Source of the DNA: Candidatus Minimicrobia sp. QA0096
GTDB lineage: Bacteria > Patescibacteriota > Saccharimonadia > Saccharimonadales > Saccharimonadaceae
Assembly: GCF_963967315.1 (NCBI RefSeq)
Contig: NZ_OZ017288.1
Location: 300,001 to 332,000 of the forward strand
Length of the DNA: 32,000 nucleotides
Direction: 5' to 3'
The notes under the pieces are model-generated. The model saw nothing but the letters and a program-made list of their open reading frames with translations, had not been told where the DNA came from and searched no databases. Numbering within the stretch: the stretch's first letter is position 1; each line of letters begins with the position of its first letter. The translations under genes were made by a program, and so were the position numbers. Of this stretch, positions 27,356 through 32,000 are shown in pieces.

Positions 27356-28618
27356 TTACAGTCGTTTTCTCAGCACCAACGCACCAGCGGCGACAGCCAC
27401 AACAGCTAATCCACCGACCATCCAAGTTGAAGTTCCTGTTTCAGCCAAACGTCCTGACGCTTTTCCTGGTTTCTGCCCAGAAGTGGCAGAAGTAGAGCCT
27501 GTGGATGGAGCGACAGTTCCGCTCGCGCCTGAGCCGGTACCGCCAGGAGTTACAGATGGAGGCGTTGGTAGAGTTGCTAGGCGATAATAAGGTGCGCCCG
27601 TTGTCATGTCGTAAAACATTGCGAACATTCTGGACGCCGACGAAGACGAATAAACGCTACCAGAACCAGCCTCATTATCACCCCGCGACGTCCAGGTTTT
27701 ACCGCCGTCTACTGACATTACAATATATGGCAAATTGGAGGCATCCATGACTGCTGGTCGAACGTAGACAAACAGCCTCTTACCATCATCACTAATCCCT
27801 GTCTGCATAATATAATCATCCACCTTCTGAGTCGGAACTTTAGTAGGAATAGGCGCCCAGCTGACGCCGCCATCTAATGAAATTTTGTGACCATCAAATA
27901 GGCTGTTACCGTTAGTGCTGATGGACATGAGGGTTGTATCATAGACAGCGTGAGTCCCAGCACTTGTCCAAGTTAAACCGTAATCATCAGACCTCTTTAC
28001 TGCACTAGGGGTTCCATCTATCGCAATCATCTTTCCGCCATCAAGTACGCGCTCGGGACAAATATTACCTTTTTGCGTCCAAGTTTGACCATTGTCAGTA
28101 GAAACATAAAGCGGAGGGGTTTTACCGTCATCTCCACACCTAGCCAGAGTGGAACCGTCTGGGCTCATAAATAAATGATTATTACTGGGGTCTATATTAT
28201 TAGACTTCACCCAATTGTGCCCACCGTCAGTTGACATATAAAAAGATTTTTCTCCACGCCGACCATTCACAATCATCTTAGACCCGTCTGTGTTTACTAG
28301 CAATCTATTCGCGAAATCTGGCATCGCAAAACTATTCCAACTTGCACCATTATCTGCGGAGATTAACAATTTCATATCGCCAGTATTAGCATCTTCTCGC
28401 AGTATAAAAAGCTTTGATCCGTCTGGACTAATACTCGCTTCTCTAAATTCATCATCTCCTGGTACAGTTACATCCCTCCACGTATACTTAGGCGATTCTT
28501 CTGCTCTAACCAAAGGAGATAAGACTGCCAATGCTGATAATGCAAATACAAATACCAAGGACAGTATCCCTCTGTATACTACACGTTTTCTGTTCTTAAT
28601 TAACATCCGTTCCCCCAT
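27356..28618 (-). CDS. secreted, sortase-anchored BNR/Asp-box beta-propeller protein (LAETG sorting signal)
   Basis: Has a signal peptide (...ALSALAVLSPLVRAEE). Six Asp-boxes are present: SADNGASW, STDGGHNW, STDNGQTW, SDDYGLTW, SLDGGVSW, SVDGGKTW. A G/S/T linker is followed by LAETG, a hydrophobic helix and RKRL. An alternative start is ATG 28606. Confidence 0.8.
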   Translation of the reverse strand: MGERMLIKNRKRVVYRGILSLVFVFALSALAVLSPLVRAEESPKYTWRDVTVPGDDEFREASISPDGSKLFILREDANTGDMKLLISADNGASWNSFAMPDFANRLLVNTDGSKMIVNGRRGEKSFYMSTDGGHNWVKSNNIDPSNNHLFMSPDGSTLARCGDDGKTPPLYVSTDNGQTWTQKGNICPERVLDGGKMIAIDGTPSAVKRSDDYGLTWTSAGTHAVYDTTLMSISTNGNSLFDGHKISLDGGVSWAPIPTKVPTQKVDDYIMQTGISDDGKRLFVYVRPAVMDASNLPYIVMSVDGGKTWTSRGDNEAGSGSVYSSSSASRMFAMFYDMTTGAPYYRLATLPTPPSVTPGGTGSGASGTVAPSTGSTSATSGQKPGKASGRLAETGTSTWMVGGLAVVAVAAGALVLRKRL

Positions 28619-28670
28619 TTTTTTATTTTTCTATGCGAAACCATCCTTCCGATTTTAGCATAACCGAATT

Positions 28671-30089
28671 TCAGGCGTCAACAGAAGGCAGGACAGATTC
28701 CAGCCATAACTGTAGTTCTTGCAAAATAAACTGCTGTTCGTCGGTCGCACTAGGCGCTAATCGTTGCAGAGATTTCATAAATTGCGGCATTTGCGCCTGT
28801 AAATGCTCAGTGCGCCATTCCTCCCATTGTCGCAACTCATCTTCACTCAGCAAATTAGGGAAACTTCGTGCTTTATAATGCAACAATAGTGGCGACAATC
28901 GCTCATCCTGAAAATCCGGATGAAAATCAGCCAACTCGCGCTCGCCAGCATTACGCACAGCTTCAACGCGAACTCGATCGCTATTGTCCAAAAATCCATC
29001 GTATAATTGCGCTTCCGGGTCGGTCATTTTCTTAAACTCTGGCTTATTTTCAAATATACTACGCAGCCTTTCGGCAAAATCTGGATGAGAAAGTAAAATA
29101 TCTTGGTGCTTCTGTACAGTTTCCGCATCCAGAGAAATCTTCTTCCAGCCATCGCCCTGAGTCAACACGCCAAGTGGCGAAACTGCCGGGCAGCGATTAT
29201 ATTGCAATTCCTTAACTGGCAATTTAACGAAATCCTCAGCTTGCCTTTCTTCCCATGTTGCAAATATCTTCGCCGACAATTCCTCAACGCTCAGATCAAC
29301 AAACGGCGTCGGATCGTAACGCAAATCATAAACAATCACGCCACCATTTCGACTCGTGGTTAGCGGAAAAGCCACAGTCGTTTTGGCTAATTCTTTATCA
29401 TAACGACCACTCGCATAAACAAAAGGTTTTTTATCATCGACATTCACCAGTTTCTGAACCAATTTCTTATCGCGCATTTTCAGCAAATAGTCGTACATTT
29501 GCGGCTGGTTCTGTTTAATCAATTTAGTCACAGCAATCAACGCGGTCACGTCAGCCAGCGCGTCATGGGCATTTTCATGTTCTATACCATTAGCTTTCGT
29601 GATGAGCTCCAGGCGGTTGCTCGGCTCACCTTTATCGTCAATTGGCCACTCAATTCCCTCAGGTCGAAGCGCCCTGGTCAAGCGCACCACGTCCAACAAA
29701 TCCCATCTGGATCGACCGTCTTTCCAAGTCCACTCATATGGATCGTAAAAATTCCGCCAAAACAAATGACGAATAAACTCGTCGTCAAAACGGATATTAT
29801 TAAATCCAACAGCAATCGTATCAGGCGTAAATATTTCCTCGCTTAACATACGCGCAAATTGAGCCTCAGTATAGCCTTCTTCGACAGTTTTTTGCGGCGT
29901 TATACCCGTCACCATCAACGCATCAGGACTCGGCAGCGTATCGTCATTCAACGTCACGAGAATATTGTACGATTCACCAATCGGCTGCAAATCCATATCG
30001 GTTCGCTGACCAGCAAATTGCATAATTCGATCTTGCCTGGGATTAAGACCGCTAGTTTCAAGATCGTAAAAGAAAAATGTTTGCGCCAT
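28671..30089 (-). CDS. sbcB: exodeoxyribonuclease I
   Basis: The sequences FFFYDLETSGLNP, GFNNIRFDDEFIRHLFWRNFYDPYEW, SRWDLLDVVR and NAHDALADV show close collinearity with E. coli SbcB motifs. Confidence 0.9.
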   Translation of the reverse strand: MAQTFFFYDLETSGLNPRQDRIMQFAGQRTDMDLQPIGESYNILVTLNDDTLPSPDALMVTGITPQKTVEEGYTEAQFARMLSEEIFTPDTIAVGFNNIRFDDEFIRHLFWRNFYDPYEWTWKDGRSRWDLLDVVRLTRALRPEGIEWPIDDKGEPSNRLELITKANGIEHENAHDALADVTALIAVTKLIKQNQPQMYDYLLKMRDKKLVQKLVNVDDKKPFVYASGRYDKELAKTTVAFPLTTSRNGGVIVYDLRYDPTPFVDLSVEELSAKIFATWEERQAEDFVKLPVKELQYNRCPAVSPLGVLTQGDGWKKISLDAETVQKHQDILLSHPDFAERLRSIFENKPEFKKMTDPEAQLYDGFLDNSDRVRVEAVRNAGERELADFHPDFQDERLSPLLLHYKARSFPNLLSEDELRQWEEWRTEHLQAQMPQFMKSLQRLAPSATDEQQFILQELQLWLESVLPSVDA

Positions 30090-30095
30090 ATTTAT

Positions 30096-30104
30096 ATTAT
30101 ACCA
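30096..30104 (-). promoter_or_regulatory. extended -10 element of sbcB (leaderless)
   Basis: The minus strand reads TGgTATAAT (30104-30096), ataaat, ATG (30089). Confidence 0.55.
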
Positions 30105-30135
30105 TCAAGCTCACGCTAATTTACACCAGCAGAAT

Positions 30136-31500
<1,365 letters not shown>

Positions 31501-31523
31501 TTACTCTGGTGTCATTTTAAATT

Positions 31524-32000
31524 TTAGTGAATGAAGTTATAGCGACCAGCCTCAGCAAGCGGCACGATGCGAGAAGAGATAATATTATAACCCGCATAAT
31601 TCATATCTGAAACATAGATATTCTGACCATCTACTCGTTCCACGATACCGACGTGTCCATAGCCATAGCCACCCCAAACATTCTGTATAATAGCACCCGG
31701 CGCTGGAACATTGTTAACCACGAGCCCAGCAGCACGAGCACTAGCACTCCAAGCCTTAGCATGACCCCAGAAACTACCAATTGGACGACCCAACTGCAAA
31801 CGACGCTCGTATGCATACCAAGTACAGTTACCAGCCGCATAGCGGTTACCGACAGAAGCGGTCAACCAACTTCGACTCGCACTCGTAGTAGTCGACGACG
31901 AAGAATATCGATTGCCATATGACCTACTTCGCGAAGCAACATAACCAGGTCGCTCATTTTCCGGAAGCTCACCTCCAGGCAATACAATTCTAGAGCCAAT
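31524..32000 (-). CDS. CHAP-domain peptidoglycan hydrolase/amidase, C-terminal part (ORF open to the right edge)
   Basis: Contains the catalytic Cys context GNCTWYAYERR and His context GHVGIVERV. A Ser/Thr-rich linker lies upstream. The reading frame has no stop up to position 32000. Confidence 0.8.
   Translation of the reverse strand: MGSRIVLPGGELPENERPGYVASRSRSYGNRYSSSSTTTSASRSWLTASVGNRYAAGNCTWYAYERRLQLGRPIGSFWGHAKAWSASARAAGLVVNNVPAPGAIIQNVWGGYGYGHVGIVERVDGQNIYVSDMNYAGYNIISSRIVPLAEAGRYNFIH

Overview
The window is compact, about 90% coding, and transcribed almost entirely from the minus strand. It looks like a housekeeping stretch from a small, moderately AT-rich genome that uses the standard code (TGA, TAA and TAG all serve as stops). 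I call 33 CDS and 3 tRNAs. The CDS are trmD (partial), khpA-like, rnc, 2 Nudix, nusB, rpmF (missed by the ORF track), leuS, a MurF-like Mur ligase, ligA, htpX, lemA, an orphan family-5 SBP, secG, a holin-family protein, uvrC, DUF488, an HD hydrolase, a cupin, thioredoxin, a Fur-family regulator, an ABC exporter, DedA, uvrA, a sortase-anchored BNR propeller, sbcB, obg, a CHAP hydrolase (partial) and 5 hypotheticals. The tRNAs are Leu-TAA, Cys-GCA and Leu-GAG. I found no rRNA, CRISPR array, transposase, integrase or recognisable defence or toxin cassette. Gene content (sortase signal, CHAP, tiny intergenic gaps) fits a reduced Gram-positive-type lineage such as Saccharibacteria/CPR, but that is inference only. 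I cannot point to a clear-cut novel multi-gene system. Five observations seem most worth follow-up. (1) A 'TGnTAnnnT - 6/7 nt - ATG' architecture recurs at about 14 unit-first genes, implying widespread leaderless mRNAs, while operon-internal genes use GGAGG Shine-Dalgarno sites. (2) A Fur-family gene has a 19-bp palindromic operator covering its own -10. It heads a thioredoxin-cupin-Nudix-HD-DUF488 run and sits divergent from a consensus-promoter ABC exporter/DedA pair. (3) A single, very acidic orphan gene with atypical codon usage, in opposite orientation, sits between khpA and trmD where rimM normally lies. (4) A six-Asp-box propeller carries an LAETG sorting signal. (5) The three tRNA genes have -10 boxes placed almost at the mature 5' end.
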